DNA of 64,000 nt from Marine Group III euryarchaeote CG-Bathy1 (GTDB taxonomy: Archaea > Thermoplasmatota > Poseidoniia > MGIII > CG-Epi1), in the NCBI GenBank assembly GCA_001875425.1, contig MIYU01000001.1, positions 129,804 through 193,803 on the forward strand, given 5' to 3'. Below are positions 48,179 to 59,000 of the stretch, piece after piece. How positions within the stretch are numbered: the first letter of the stretch is position 1; every line of letters starts with the position of its first letter. A model generated the notes under the pieces. That model saw nothing but the letters and a program-made list of their open reading frames with translations, was not told where the DNA came from and did not search any database. The translations under genes and the position numbers were made by a program.

Positions 48179-48876
48179 TTTTCGTAATTTCCAAGTCGTT
48201 CTATTAAATCAGCTTTCTTCCCACCGACTTTCATTTTTTTATCTCTGAGCATTTCTTTCAATTCTTTTACTGTTTTTTGTTCTAAATCGATTTCTTCCTG
48301 CTCTTCTTCATCAGTTTCATTATCCTCTTCTACGATTTCTTCTACCGCTTCTTCGGATGTTGAGATTTCTCTTTCAGGGACTTCTAGGTTTCTAAATTTC
48401 AGAACTCTACCTGCTCCCATTCTTTTCATTTCATCTCCACTATCTATTAATTTCTCTATTTTCGACATTACACTTTCTCCCATTTCACTTAGTGATTTTG
48501 CCGCACGTAGTCTAACATATTTGTCTTCATCAGATAATGTTTGAATCAATGCTTCTACAGATTTATTTGAATCGAATTTTCTTAGACCTTTAACAGCATG
48601 CCATCTAACTTTGGAATCTTCACTCTGCGTACCTAATATGAGATAAGGCATTCCTTTAGAGGATTTTACTCTTCCAATCATATCCATCGAAGCTCTTTGA
48701 ACGTCACTATCTTCATTATCTATTCCTTCATTAACTAAACTAACTAATGCCTCTTCTCCCATTTTTCCGAATTCAGTCATAGCTTCTCTTCTAGTTTTCG
48801 AGTCTCCAATCATGGTGATTAAACTCTGATTTTCAACATCATTCGACTGCTCATTCGTCTCTTCATTCTCTTCCAT
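48175..48876 (-). CDS. HEAT-repeat protein with an acidic linker and a C-terminal SAP/Rho_N-like motif
   Basis: HEAT-like repeats ('DSDVQRASMDMIG', 'DSKVRWHAVKGL', 'DKYVRLRAAKSL'). An acidic stretch follows, then 'KTVKELKEMLRDKKMKVGGKKADLIERL'. Confidence 0.6.
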   Translation of the reverse strand: MEENEETNEQSNDVENQSLITMIGDSKTRREAMTEFGKMGEEALVSLVNEGIDNEDSDVQRASMDMIGRVKSSKGMPYLILGTQSEDSKVRWHAVKGLRKFDSNKSVEALIQTLSDEDKYVRLRAAKSLSEMGESVMSKIEKLIDSGDEMKRMGAGRVLKFRNLEVPEREISTSEEAVEEIVEEDNETDEEEQEEIDLEQKTVKELKEMLRDKKMKVGGKKADLIERLGNYEN

Positions 48877-48951
48877 GCTTACTACGACTTAGTGAATTTG
48901 TCTATATAACTTTGCTAGACACTAATTTAAACATTTACTCATACGTTATTT

Positions 48952-50268
48952 GTGCTAGTTTCAGATTTATTCAAAGTATTGTCGGATTATCATCTCTGTT
49001 TATCTTGTATGGGGCGGCAAGTGGGAATGGTCGGTTCTGGACTAACAAATCTTGAGCGTGGCATCTCTCTTTTAGAACATAAATACTTTTTAGATGATTC
49101 TAAAAAGAAAGATTTTATCACAGTTCAAGAGAAAATAGGACAAGATTATTTCTTGTCTATAGATATCGATGATTCCACTTCTACTCATTTATCTGGGGAT
49201 AATGATTGTAATCTATGTTTAGGAATATTAACAGAAAAAGAAAATTTTGTAGACATTGCAATATCTGCCGTTTCCGATTATTCCTTTTCAACTTTCGAAA
49301 TCGGAAGCATCGTTGATAAAAAAGTATTAGAGTTGGAGAATAAAATTCAAGAATTATTAGGTGAAGATTTAGGAGAATCGATCAAAACACAAATCAATAG
49401 AGAGGTGGGTATTCTTATTTCCAAAAAAATGGACATTCGCCTGGAAAGGCCAAATCCCGAAATTACTATTTTGATAGACACTCTTTATGGTGTAGCCGAA
49501 CCCACTGTACGCTCTCTTTTCATAGAAGGTCGTTATGTGAAATTAGATCGTACAATTCCTCAGACACGTTGGCCATGTAGAAAATGCAGAGGCAGGGGCT
49601 GTTCATCCTGTAATGAAACAGGTCAGACTTATCCAGAATCGGTACAATCATTAATAGCGAAGCCATTTTTGGAAAGCAGTCTTTCCATTTCAGATTCTTT
49701 TCACGGTATGGGTAGGGAAGACATAGATGCTAGAATGCTGGGGGATGGCCGGCCATTTATTTTAGAATTAAAAACACCAAAAAAACGTTCATTAGATTTA
49801 GTTTCTCTTCAATCATCAGTTAACGATGAAAATGAAGGTAGGGTTTCAATATCAAATCTCTCATTAGTAGATAAGAAAAGAGTAAGGACACTCAAAAATA
49901 CAGCCTGTGATAAATTATACCGTGTAAAGATTTCTTCAGTGCCACCTATTTCAAAGGAAAAGCTTAAGAAAGGGGCGGCTGCGTTGACCGGCACAGTCGT
50001 CGAGCAGAGAACTCCTAAACGTGTTTCTCATCGCCGTTCAGACTTGATAAGAAAGCGAGGTATAAGGGATGTCGACATTGTCGATTTTTCAGACGACCAC
50101 GCAGTCTTGGAAATCTGTGCGGAGCATGGGACTTACATCAAGGAACTGGTCAGTGGTGATGAAGGTCGCACAGAGCCGAACCTCTCTGGACTCGTAGACT
50201 CAGAATGTAAGGTCGAACGATTAGACGTTGTTCAACTTTATTTAGAAGAAACCGAGGTAAAAAAATGA
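48952..50268 (+). CDS. pus10: tRNA pseudouridine synthase Pus10
   Basis: Zinc-ribbon/THUMP N-terminal part ('CLSCMGR', 'CRKCRGRGCSSC'). The catalytic part has 'GREDIDARMLGDGRPFILE' and 'YIKELVSGDEGRTEPNLS'. GTG start. Confidence 0.85.
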   Translation: MLVSDLFKVLSDYHLCLSCMGRQVGMVGSGLTNLERGISLLEHKYFLDDSKKKDFITVQEKIGQDYFLSIDIDDSTSTHLSGDNDCNLCLGILTEKENFVDIAISAVSDYSFSTFEIGSIVDKKVLELENKIQELLGEDLGESIKTQINREVGILISKKMDIRLERPNPEITILIDTLYGVAEPTVRSLFIEGRYVKLDRTIPQTRWPCRKCRGRGCSSCNETGQTYPESVQSLIAKPFLESSLSISDSFHGMGREDIDARMLGDGRPFILELKTPKKRSLDLVSLQSSVNDENEGRVSISNLSLVDKKRVRTLKNTACDKLYRVKISSVPPISKEKLKKGAAALTGTVVEQRTPKRVSHRRSDLIRKRGIRDVDIVDFSDDHAVLEICAEHGTYIKELVSGDEGRTEPNLSGLVDSECKVERLDVVQLYLEETEVKK

Positions 50269-50555
50269 AACGTTCGCGTGGGCTAAGAAGTGCATCTAGG
50301 AAAAAACTATCGAAGAGTATTCGAGATAAGGGCCTTTCTCCAATTACTAGGTCACTCATTAGTTACAATGAAGGGGAGAAAGTTAGTATAGTAATTGATC
50401 CATCTATTCAGAAAGGGCAACCACATTCACGTTTTCACGGTTTAACTGGAGAAGTAATCGGTACTCAGGGACAGGCTTATCTAGTCAAAACACGTATTGG
50501 AAAAATGTACAAGGAACTAATAGTACGTTCCGAACATTTACGAAAAGCAAATTAG
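50265..50555 (+). CDS. rpl21e: ribosomal protein eL21
   Basis: Contains 'MKRSRGLRSASRKKL...GEKVSIVIDPS...HSRFHGLTGEV'. ATGA overlap with pus10. Confidence 0.92.
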   Translation: MKRSRGLRSASRKKLSKSIRDKGLSPITRSLISYNEGEKVSIVIDPSIQKGQPHSRFHGLTGEVIGTQGQAYLVKTRIGKMYKELIVRSEHLRKAN

Positions 50556-50568
50556 GAGAATTATTATC

Positions 50569-51069
50569 ATGTCAGAAGAACCACAACCACTTACTTTATC
50601 CGAAGTCAAAATTCTATTTTCAGAAGAATTATCGAGACGTGAAAATCGATTAAGATGTATTGAGTGCGGTCATTTTCAACCAGTACCTGAAGTCGAGGAA
50701 ACTCCAGAAACTCCAGCTCCCGAATCAACTGATGATTCAGAAGAGGAAGTAGAAGGGCCAAAAGGACCAACCTGTGATTCTTGTGGTTCAGATAGGTTGA
50801 TGTTAAATGAACAGATAAAATACGAACACAATTTAGCATTAGATCATGTTCAAAAAGTTTCTACTGTAAACTTAGAAACTTCAAAAGCGATAATGGAGGG
50901 TGTTCAAGATTTAGAGCACGTTAATGCATATTATGCAACTAAAATCGCAGACATTCTACCTCAATCACCAGATGAAGTTAGAGCTTTATTTTCCAGAGAA
51001 AGGTTCACTTTGGGCAATGATGAAATAGCACAAATAATCACAGCCGTCAAGGACAATTTAGGGGATTGA
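50569..51069 (+). CDS. rpoF: RNA polymerase subunit Rpo4/F-like protein carrying an inserted zinc ribbon and acidic linker
   Basis: It sits in the conserved archaeal eL21-RpoF-DUF655 order. The C-terminal 'KIADILPQSPDEVRALFSRERFTL..DEI' is an Rpb4/F-type HRDC-like region. The insertion 'CIECG...CDSCG' lies at aa 28-78. Confidence 0.65.
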   Translation: MSEEPQPLTLSEVKILFSEELSRRENRLRCIECGHFQPVPEVEETPETPAPESTDDSEEEVEGPKGPTCDSCGSDRLMLNEQIKYEHNLALDHVQKVSTVNLETSKAIMEGVQDLEHVNAYYATKIADILPQSPDEVRALFSRERFTLGNDEIAQIITAVKDNLGD

Positions 51070-51073
51070 TTTT

Positions 51074-51613
51074 TTGGAGGAATTTGCATTTTTATTAGAT
51101 ATATTACCGGAAGGTAGGCCAGATAGTCAAAGAAGATTTAGAAGAGAATCTATTGTTTACGGCATCGGTTCTGAGGAATACAAAATTTTTGAAATGGAAC
51201 CGGTCAAGGACGCATCACTCTCTATTGGTGACAAAGTCTATATCGGTAAAGAACATGAATTAAGAACGCAAATCGAATCCGTAAAGGCTCGAGTCAAATA
51301 CAACGATTTAACTCATACTGCTCAATCAGAATTACCATTTATTCTCGATGACATAATAAAATCTCAAGAAGAAAAATTCGTCCAATTCTTCAACAACGCC
51401 GGTCCGATTTCAAGAAGATATCATTCTTTAGAATTACTACCTGGTTTGGGTAAAAAAACAATGCAAGGAGTTATCGGATCTCGTCCTTTTTCTTCTTTTC
51501 AAGAAATAGAAGATAAAGTTCAAGGTTTCAAAAATCCGGCTAAGTACATATCTGCACGTATAGAGCACGAAATAAAAGTTCAAGATCAAAAATACCGATT
51601 ATTCGTTCGTTAA
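51074..51613 (+). CDS. DUF655-family predicted nucleic-acid-binding protein (OB plus HhH)
   Basis: N-terminus 'FAFLLDILPEGRP' and C-terminal 'LELLPGLGKKTMQGVI' (HhH). Conserved position after rpoF. TTG start. Confidence 0.7.
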   Translation: MEEFAFLLDILPEGRPDSQRRFRRESIVYGIGSEEYKIFEMEPVKDASLSIGDKVYIGKEHELRTQIESVKARVKYNDLTHTAQSELPFILDDIIKSQEEKFVQFFNNAGPISRRYHSLELLPGLGKKTMQGVIGSRPFSSFQEIEDKVQGFKNPAKYISARIEHEIKVQDQKYRLFVR

Positions 51614-52755
51614 TCTTTTTCACTTCCTTCCATTTTCAATATCTCTCTAGCTTCTGAAACGCAGTAGAAAGATCCCGTTATCAACGTTTTTTGTTCATCT
51701 ATATTTTCTATTGCATTTTTAATCGATTCAAAACTTCTATACTTATTTTGGTTACGTTCAGCAGCTTTTATCATATCCCTTACGCTCATTCCTCTTTTAT
51801 TTTTCATAGGACACAATAATAATTCAACGTTCTCTGGTAAAGTAGACAACATTCTATCAACATCCTTGTCTTTCATACAAGAAAAGATTATTTTTTCTAC
51901 AGTATCTACTCTTTTCATCAATCTTTCCAAGGCTTGAAAATTGTGCGCACCATCAAGTATGAAATTATTTCGTATCTCCATTCTTCCTGGTATCTTTACC
52001 GTTCTCTTTTCGTATTTTATTCCTAATAGATTAGATACACATTCTACCCATTCATCCGAATCTTCCCCAAATTGTATCTTAACGCATTCAGGTATAAGTC
52101 TCCAATTTTCTTTTTGCCATCCGGTAATAACTTCACTATATTCTTTCACTATCTTACCTTTTGTCGTACCTATTTCTTTTATTGTGTTGCCTAAATATTC
52201 TACATGATCTAAACCTAATGTCGTCAGAACTACAATATCTCCCCTTCCAATATTAACAGCATCAAATTCACCACCCATTCCAACTTCCATCACTGCCAGA
52301 TCTACTTTATTGTTTTCAAAGTAAAGATATGCCATGACGGTCGTAATCTCAAAATACGTTACGAGGATTCCATTCTTCTCTGCTACCCTATTAACTCGAT
52401 TAAAGATTTCAACGAAATCATTCCTTTCAATTATTTTTCCATCGATTCGAAACCGTTCTCTTATTGTATGTAAGTGGGGCGAAGTAAAACATCCAACTTT
52501 CAGATTATTATTTTTAATCAAATCTTCAAGTTTGTAGCATGTGGTTCCTTTTCCATTGGTACCTCCTACTATTATCGTTTTTAATTTTTTTTCAGGATTA
52601 CCAAGTTTTTCCATTATCGCTTCGATTCTTTCAAGACCGGGTTTTATTACAAATTCTCCAATTCTTTCTAGTTCATCTAGGCATTTGTAGTATTCTTTAT
52701 TCTTACTCAATTGTTTCCCATTCCATATCTCTTTCCGTAAGTATTCCCTGATCAC
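51610..52755 (-). CDS. folC: Mur-ligase-family folylpolyglutamate/dihydrofolate synthase-like protein
   Basis: Contains 'IIVGGTNGKGTT' (P-loop), 'SPHL' and 'MEVGMGGEFDAVN'. Short form of 381 aa. The start is uncertain: GTG at 52755 or TTG at 52710. Confidence 0.8.
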   Translation of the reverse strand: MIREYLRKEIWNGKQLSKNKEYYKCLDELERIGEFVIKPGLERIEAIMEKLGNPEKKLKTIIVGGTNGKGTTCYKLEDLIKNNNLKVGCFTSPHLHTIRERFRIDGKIIERNDFVEIFNRVNRVAEKNGILVTYFEITTVMAYLYFENNKVDLAVMEVGMGGEFDAVNIGRGDIVVLTTLGLDHVEYLGNTIKEIGTTKGKIVKEYSEVITGWQKENWRLIPECVKIQFGEDSDEWVECVSNLLGIKYEKRTVKIPGRMEIRNNFILDGAHNFQALERLMKRVDTVEKIIFSCMKDKDVDRMLSTLPENVELLLCPMKNKRGMSVRDMIKAAERNQNKYRSFESIKNAIENIDEQKTLITGSFYCVSEAREILKMEGSEKD

Positions 52756-52993
52756 GGAGCAATGCTAGAAATTTATCAGTAGAAACGCCAGTTATTTCAG
52801 CCCCCTTCGTCAGGGTAACTGTGCCCATTTTGTATAATGCAACACTAGATGCTTGTTTCAAATTAGGCTTTTTTTCTAATAAGAATCTAAGGGCTTCTTT
52901 AACTACGTCAGAACGGCTACTAAAGTGCCCTGACTCGACGAGGCCCTCTATTTGCGAGACCAATAATTTGGGTAGTGAATAGGATTGACTCAT
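52703..52993 (-). CDS. ribbon-helix-helix (CopG-like) plus UPF0175-like HTH small protein
   Basis: N-terminal 'LPKLLVSQIEGLVESGHFSSRSDVVKEALRFLL' is RHH-like. C-terminal 'VTLTKGAEITGVSTDKFLALLRDQGI' is UPF0175-like. Confidence 0.55.
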   Translation of the reverse strand: MSQSYSLPKLLVSQIEGLVESGHFSSRSDVVKEALRFLLEKKPNLKQASSVALYKMGTVTLTKGAEITGVSTDKFLALLRDQGILTERDMEWETIE

Positions 52994-52995
52994 AA

Positions 52996-53018
52996 AATAA
53001 TAATTAGTAATTATTATT
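52996..53018. repeat. perfect 11-bp inverted repeat with a 1-nt spacer (AATAATAATTA-G-TAATTATTATT); candidate operator
   Basis: Read directly from the sequence. It lies 3 nt upstream of the RHH gene start codon, inside the 79-bp divergent region shared with the giant surface-protein gene. Confidence 0.6.
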
Positions 53019-53036
53019 AATAGTTATTTCACAAGC

Positions 53037-53043
53037 TTTATAT
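53037..53043 (+). promoter_or_regulatory. candidate TATA box for the giant surface-protein gene
   Basis: 'TTTATAT' is centred about 33 nt upstream of the ATG at 53073. Based on motif and spacing only. Confidence 0.3.
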
Positions 53044-53072
53044 GCGGTGCATCCGTAAATGCGAAGGGTGCG

Positions 53073-56000
53073 ATGATGAATTTCAGACCAAATAATACCA
53101 TGTTAGCCAGCTGGCTCGTTATGCTAGCTGCCGTGGGAGCACTATTCTTAGTCGGGTCAGCCGATGCCGGTTACACGGTATCCGTTACACCGGCAGAACA
53201 GAATGGTGTCCCAGAAGAGACACTGTCCTTCACAATAACTATAGATAATACCGATCCGGATGACGACGATACGTTTCTCGTCAACGTAAGTTTTGTCGGT
53301 TCTGTCGAACAAGACTGTGACGGATGTTGGGATACTTGGGTGTCTCAATCTACACTCAGTATAGATGCAGACGAGTCTGGAAGTACTAACTTCTATGTCA
53401 AGATTGGAGATATAGCACATGCAGAAGCCGATAGCGATGAGAGAGTTCTAGTAGAAGTAACACCTACCGTTGATAATGAAGCCTATTCTCAAGATGTTCG
53501 TGTTATCGTTGACCCAGCTTACGGCTGTACTCTAGAATTACTAACGCAAGAGTCTCCAGATTTAGATCCCTTTGATACATATCAGTTCGATTTCAACATA
53601 ACCAATTCAGATGGAAATGCCGAAGATAATATCGCTCTTTCATACAGTGCAAGTAGCGAAGACGGCATGTCAATCGCATACCCACCTCAAGTTTCAGATA
53701 TTGGTATGGGTGAAACAGCAGGATTCTCAGTAACTATATCTATAGATGAGACGACCGCAGCTAAAGGAACTAGATACATAAGTGTCACAGCTACCTCTGC
53801 AGACGGTTCAACAAACGTATCCACTACTTTCCAGTTTACCGTCAATATCTATAGGGATATTCAACTTTCTGAAGTAGATACAGGTTCAAAGGATATTATT
53901 GAGGGTGGTTCAGTCTATTATGGCGTAACTGTTACTAATGTAGGTAATTCTGCAGATACCTTCGTTCTAAGTATCGACGAGTCTTCAATTCCAGCCGACT
54001 GGGATGCTCAGTTGGGTTCATTGACAGATACAGGTAGTTTGGCACCAGGTGCAAGTTACACTTTCAGTGAAGCTATCTTTGTTTATGCACCAGATGATGC
54101 AGTTGCAGATGATATTGCTTTAATAGATATCGTCGTGACATCTGATGCAGATACTAATACTTCTAAATCGTTCCAAACTCGTTCTACAGTAGCTCAGAAT
54201 TATAAGCCTACTATACAAACGACTTCACAAACCAGTAGCGGCGCTCCAGGGACTGTAGTTTCATACACATTTACAGTTACTAACGCAGGTAATGGTAATG
54301 ATGAATTCAGTATTGAAATCACAGAACCAAATGCTGATGAATGTGCTCAGAACAATGCAGCATGCTGGGGTGTCGATCTAACTCCAGATGATGTAACGCC
54401 ACAAATGGCTCCTGATGGCTCCTTCGCGTTCACACTCAATATAACTATCAATGAAAATGCCTTGAAGCAATCATATACGGTTGTAATTAATGCAACATCT
54501 TCAGGCGCAGGATCCGATGGGTCATACACAACTAAAAACGTCTATGTGGAAGTTTCCGCTAGAGCAGATATTAGTTTAGATTCATCTGGAACTTCAAATA
54601 TAGAAGTAGATGCAGGTCAAACTGCAGAATATAATCTAACTATCACTAATGATGGAAATGATGAAGACGATATTTCTTTATCAGCAACTTGTGAGGCATG
54701 TGCTGATGGAGATTGGACTTTCCAATTCGTTGGCGGTTCAACTGTAACTATCGCTGCAGAATCTAGTACTACAGTGGTTTTCAGAGTAGATTCTCCTGAT
54801 GATGCAATTGCAAATCCTTACACCACAGTAATTACCGCAACTTCATCTATCGATGAGACTGAGACTGCTACAACAGAAGTTATCACCGAGATAAAGGAAA
54901 AATTCGAAGTTGATTTAGATTCAACAGAATCACAGAAACCAGGTACACCTTCAGACACTGTTGAGTTCTCATTAACTGTAACTAATGATGGTTCAGGCGT
55001 TGATGAGATTGAACTAACTTATGAGTTCGATGAGGCATCTTCTGGAGAGTTCTTAGAGTTCCCATCTTTCAGTAATAACACAGTTTCTTTGAATCCCGGC
55101 GAGAGTGCATCAGTAACCTTTTCATTACAAGTTTCTGAAGATGCTGATGATGTTTCTCACGGTATCACTGTAACAGCGACTTCTAAGAATGCAGAATCTG
55201 AAGAAGGTATTTCCGTTACAGATATGGTAAGTCTAACTGTAGTTGTTCAACCAGTATATGATGTTAGATTAACTTCAGATACTACAGTTGTAACAGCCAA
55301 TCCAAGCGAAAGTATCGATTTCGAAATGACGCTTGAAAATCAAGGTACAGATGAAGATACAATTACAATTACTGCAGAATATCCTTCTGCAATATATTCA
55401 GTATCTATATCACCAAACGCTCCAACAGTTTCTGAGGGTTCAAACGTAACTATCTCAGTCACAATAACTGTCGATGAAGATGCGTTGAAGGATATCTATA
55501 ATATCACTTTCACTGCTACTTCAGAAAATGACGGAACAGTTGATGCTACACACATGCTAGATGTAGATGTAGCTCAGCGATATGAAATTGAAATTCTCTT
55601 TTCAGATGGTTCATACGAAGCTGCACCTTCAGAAGAAGCAGTTTCAAATGTAACATTGACTAACAAAGGTACTGGTGATGACAGAGTTCAATTATCAATC
55701 GATAATGATGACTGTATAACTCGATATTCAGCAGAAAATTGTGTTGGAGATTGGGGTTCATTAGCACAAACATTAGTCCCAGCTGCAGACGGGTCGTTTG
55801 CTGCTGAAGAGACTGCAGAAGTAGCATTGACTGTTACTATTCCATCTTCCGCAGAACCTTCTGTTACTGCAGGTGTGTATTATGTTACAGTAGCTGTTCA
55901 ATCGTTGGACAATGAAACGGCAATGGATTTTGTAGACATACAGATAGTAGTCAAAACAATCTCTGTAGATCTTACTGGAGTTAGTACTACAGCTGATATT

Positions 56001-59000
56001 GAACCGGGTAGAACAGGCCAATTCACTGTCGATGTAACAAATGATGGTCAGGTTTCCGATACAATAACTGTTACTATTTCAGAAAGTAGTGGTTTCGGTT
56101 GGGCCTCTTTTGACGAAGACGGTAGTACAGAAATACAAATTTTATTGGCTGCAGGCGCTATCTCAACTGTAACTATCAATTTGGATCTTCCAAATTATGA
56201 TAATGTTACCGGTAGTGAGAAACAGAAATTAGCGGCAGACTATAATTACAATTTCAAGGTCGAGGCAAAGACTTCAGTCGGTTCAGTTGAATCATCTAAT
56301 TCCGTAACTATGACTGCAACTATCGAACAGATATATGGAGTCACAGTTGAATTAATTAATTCAGCCGTAACTAATGCAAGTACATTCCCATCAGCTGAAA
56401 TCGAGACAACTATTTTCGATGTACTGATAACTAATCTGGGTAATGGACAAGATAATTTCAAGGTCGAGACTTCACAACCAACAGGATTGACAGTCAACGT
56501 ATTCAACGTTAAGAGTTCATCCAGTTGTAGTGATGAATGGTCTCAGGCACAAGATACAATAAACGCTGCAGATGATGCTAGAGTTTATCTCTGTTTAACA
56601 CCACAAGAATCTGATTTAGATATTGGTAATTATCCAATCTCAATGTCCGTCAAGGCTAGAAATGGTGGAGACTCACCAGAATCTATAGATGTTGAGTTAG
56701 AGGTCAAAGAACCAACTAGAGATTTCTCACTAACTGTTGAAACAGCAGTGAAAGAAGTAGCTCCTGAATTCAGTTCAAGTGGAACGCCAAGCTCTACGAA
56801 GAACGTCGTCAAATTCAGAATAATCGTTCAAAACGATGGTTCACACGATGACAGATTCGTACCAGATATGGTGGAAGGTTACAATACAGCAACAAATGCA
56901 GACATAGGTGGTAATGGTGTCGACTGGTCATGGGACTTTTACGAGAGCCAAACTGAAACTAGCAGTAATAAGTGGGGAGGCTCACAAAGTTATGAGCTAA
57001 TTGATAGTGGTGCACAGAAAGAACTCTGGTTCATCATACATGTAGATTCCGAAGACGTTCAGTCTGGAACTTACAATATGACTCTCAAAGTCGAGATAGA
57101 AGATCAGGAAGGAGACATCAAACTATCTAAGACTACTACCGTTTCAATAATTGTTAATGAACCAACTCCAGGTATGTCCTTGACTATTTACGAGAACGTC
57201 AAAGATATCCAACCGGAGTACGAAGGGACATCTAGTGACAATGAAATACAATTCAAGATTAAGATAGAGAATACAGGTTCTCATACAGATTCTTTCATCT
57301 ATGTAGATGATCCAGACGCGGTTGAAGATGGCTGGGATATTGAATTCCAGACAAGTACAGGTTCTACATGGGATGATAATAACGGTGAAGATATTCAATC
57401 AACAGAATCTAAAGATATGTATGTCGTAATCACTGTTGACGATGAGGCAGAAGTCGGTAACTACACTATCAGAATTGACATTCAAAATTCAGAGGGTGAC
57501 AGTGAAGCTTCTGATACAGCAGTTCTTTACGTAATGGTCTTGAGGCCAGATTTAGCTTTAACACCTGCAGATATTACATTGTTAGTTAACAATGCAGAGG
57601 CAAACGCTTCACTTATCAGAGAGGACGATTCTCTAGCTATTTCTATAGCTGTTAAGAATTCAGAAAGCTCTGATGAATTTGCAACTAAGGCGGATGATGT
57701 TTTAGTAGAAGTTTACGTCTATCCTAGAACAAGCCCAGAACCAGGCTCAACACTAGCTACTGAATTAGAATTCACTTATGGTTTCACACAAGATAACGAT
57801 TACGGTTTCATCAAGATGATTTACAGCAGAGAGAATCGAATCGATGTCGGTGGTAGAGATATAGGAACTAGTGATTGGTCTGTAATCGGTGGAGAATGGT
57901 ATATCGAAGTCCGAGTGGATTACGATTCTTCTGATGACAACGGTAAGATTCTAGAAACTAACGAGAATAACAACAAAGCTCGTTACGCAGAACTACTACA
58001 AATCAAGGCCGATTTATCAATATCTGAAGTTTATGTAGATAGTAAGTATGTCGGTAATGGTTCCAGTGTTCCAAACTTAGGTGATACGGTAACGTTCACT
58101 GCAACAGTTGCTAATACTGGAGCAGCAGACATTCAGGATGCAAAACTCTTCATTACTGGCGATACAACTACTTCTAATGAAATCTTGAAGACCACTAGCA
58201 GTCAAAGTTATGTCGAATTCGATGTCGACGCTGGTGGAACTAAACAGGTCACATTCCGTTGGAAGGCCGGCTCTGTAGCTAGTACCTCTAAACTAGTTTC
58301 AGAATCTTGGAATGGTATCAGAATATCTGTAAATCCAAGATGTAGTGATTTCAATCTATTCGGCTGTGATACTGATTTAGATAGGGAGTTCGACGAGCTT
58401 AACCGTTATCAGAACAACGAGTATCCATCTTCAGGTCAGTTCACTCAGAATGGTTATGAGCTAGCATTCAACATGCTTCCAGATTTCACAATAGCTAAAG
58501 TCAAAATGAATCCATCATCACCAACTGTGGGTGAAACTGTTGCAATTACAGTTACTATCGAAAACGTCGGTAACACTGATTGGGAATACGGTTCAGGATC
58601 ATTATACTTAGTATTCGATGACAGTATTGGCGATGAAGTAACTACACAAATCGGTTCCTCTATTGATAAGGGTGGAGATTTCGATGTAGAATTCGATTGG
58701 ATATTCCCAGAAGCTGAAAACAAGAACGAAATCAAACTTTCATTTGAGCTTGATGCAGGTTCAGGAAGTAATAAGATTGAACAACTATCAAGCGACAATG
58801 ATGATGAAGAAGTAACACTAGAGGTCGTACTTCCTGCTGTTTTAGGTGATGTACCTGGTGTTGAGTTCTTGACTAAGAGAGAATTAATTCCAGGCGTACC
58901 TATGTACATACCTGTCGTACTCTTCCTGGGTGTTTTCGTTGTTGGTTTACCAGTACTCTTCAAACTGCGCAGTCTTACTGCTGCAGCAGCCAAAGCAGAG

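Noticed and set aside
52703-52993. Toxin-antitoxin module (RHH/UPF0175), and likewise the AbrB-like gene at 35887-36051
   Set aside because: No PIN, DUF3368, MazF, RelE or other toxin-like ORF is adjacent to either gene. The neighbours are housekeeping genes, so these are treated as stand-alone regulators.
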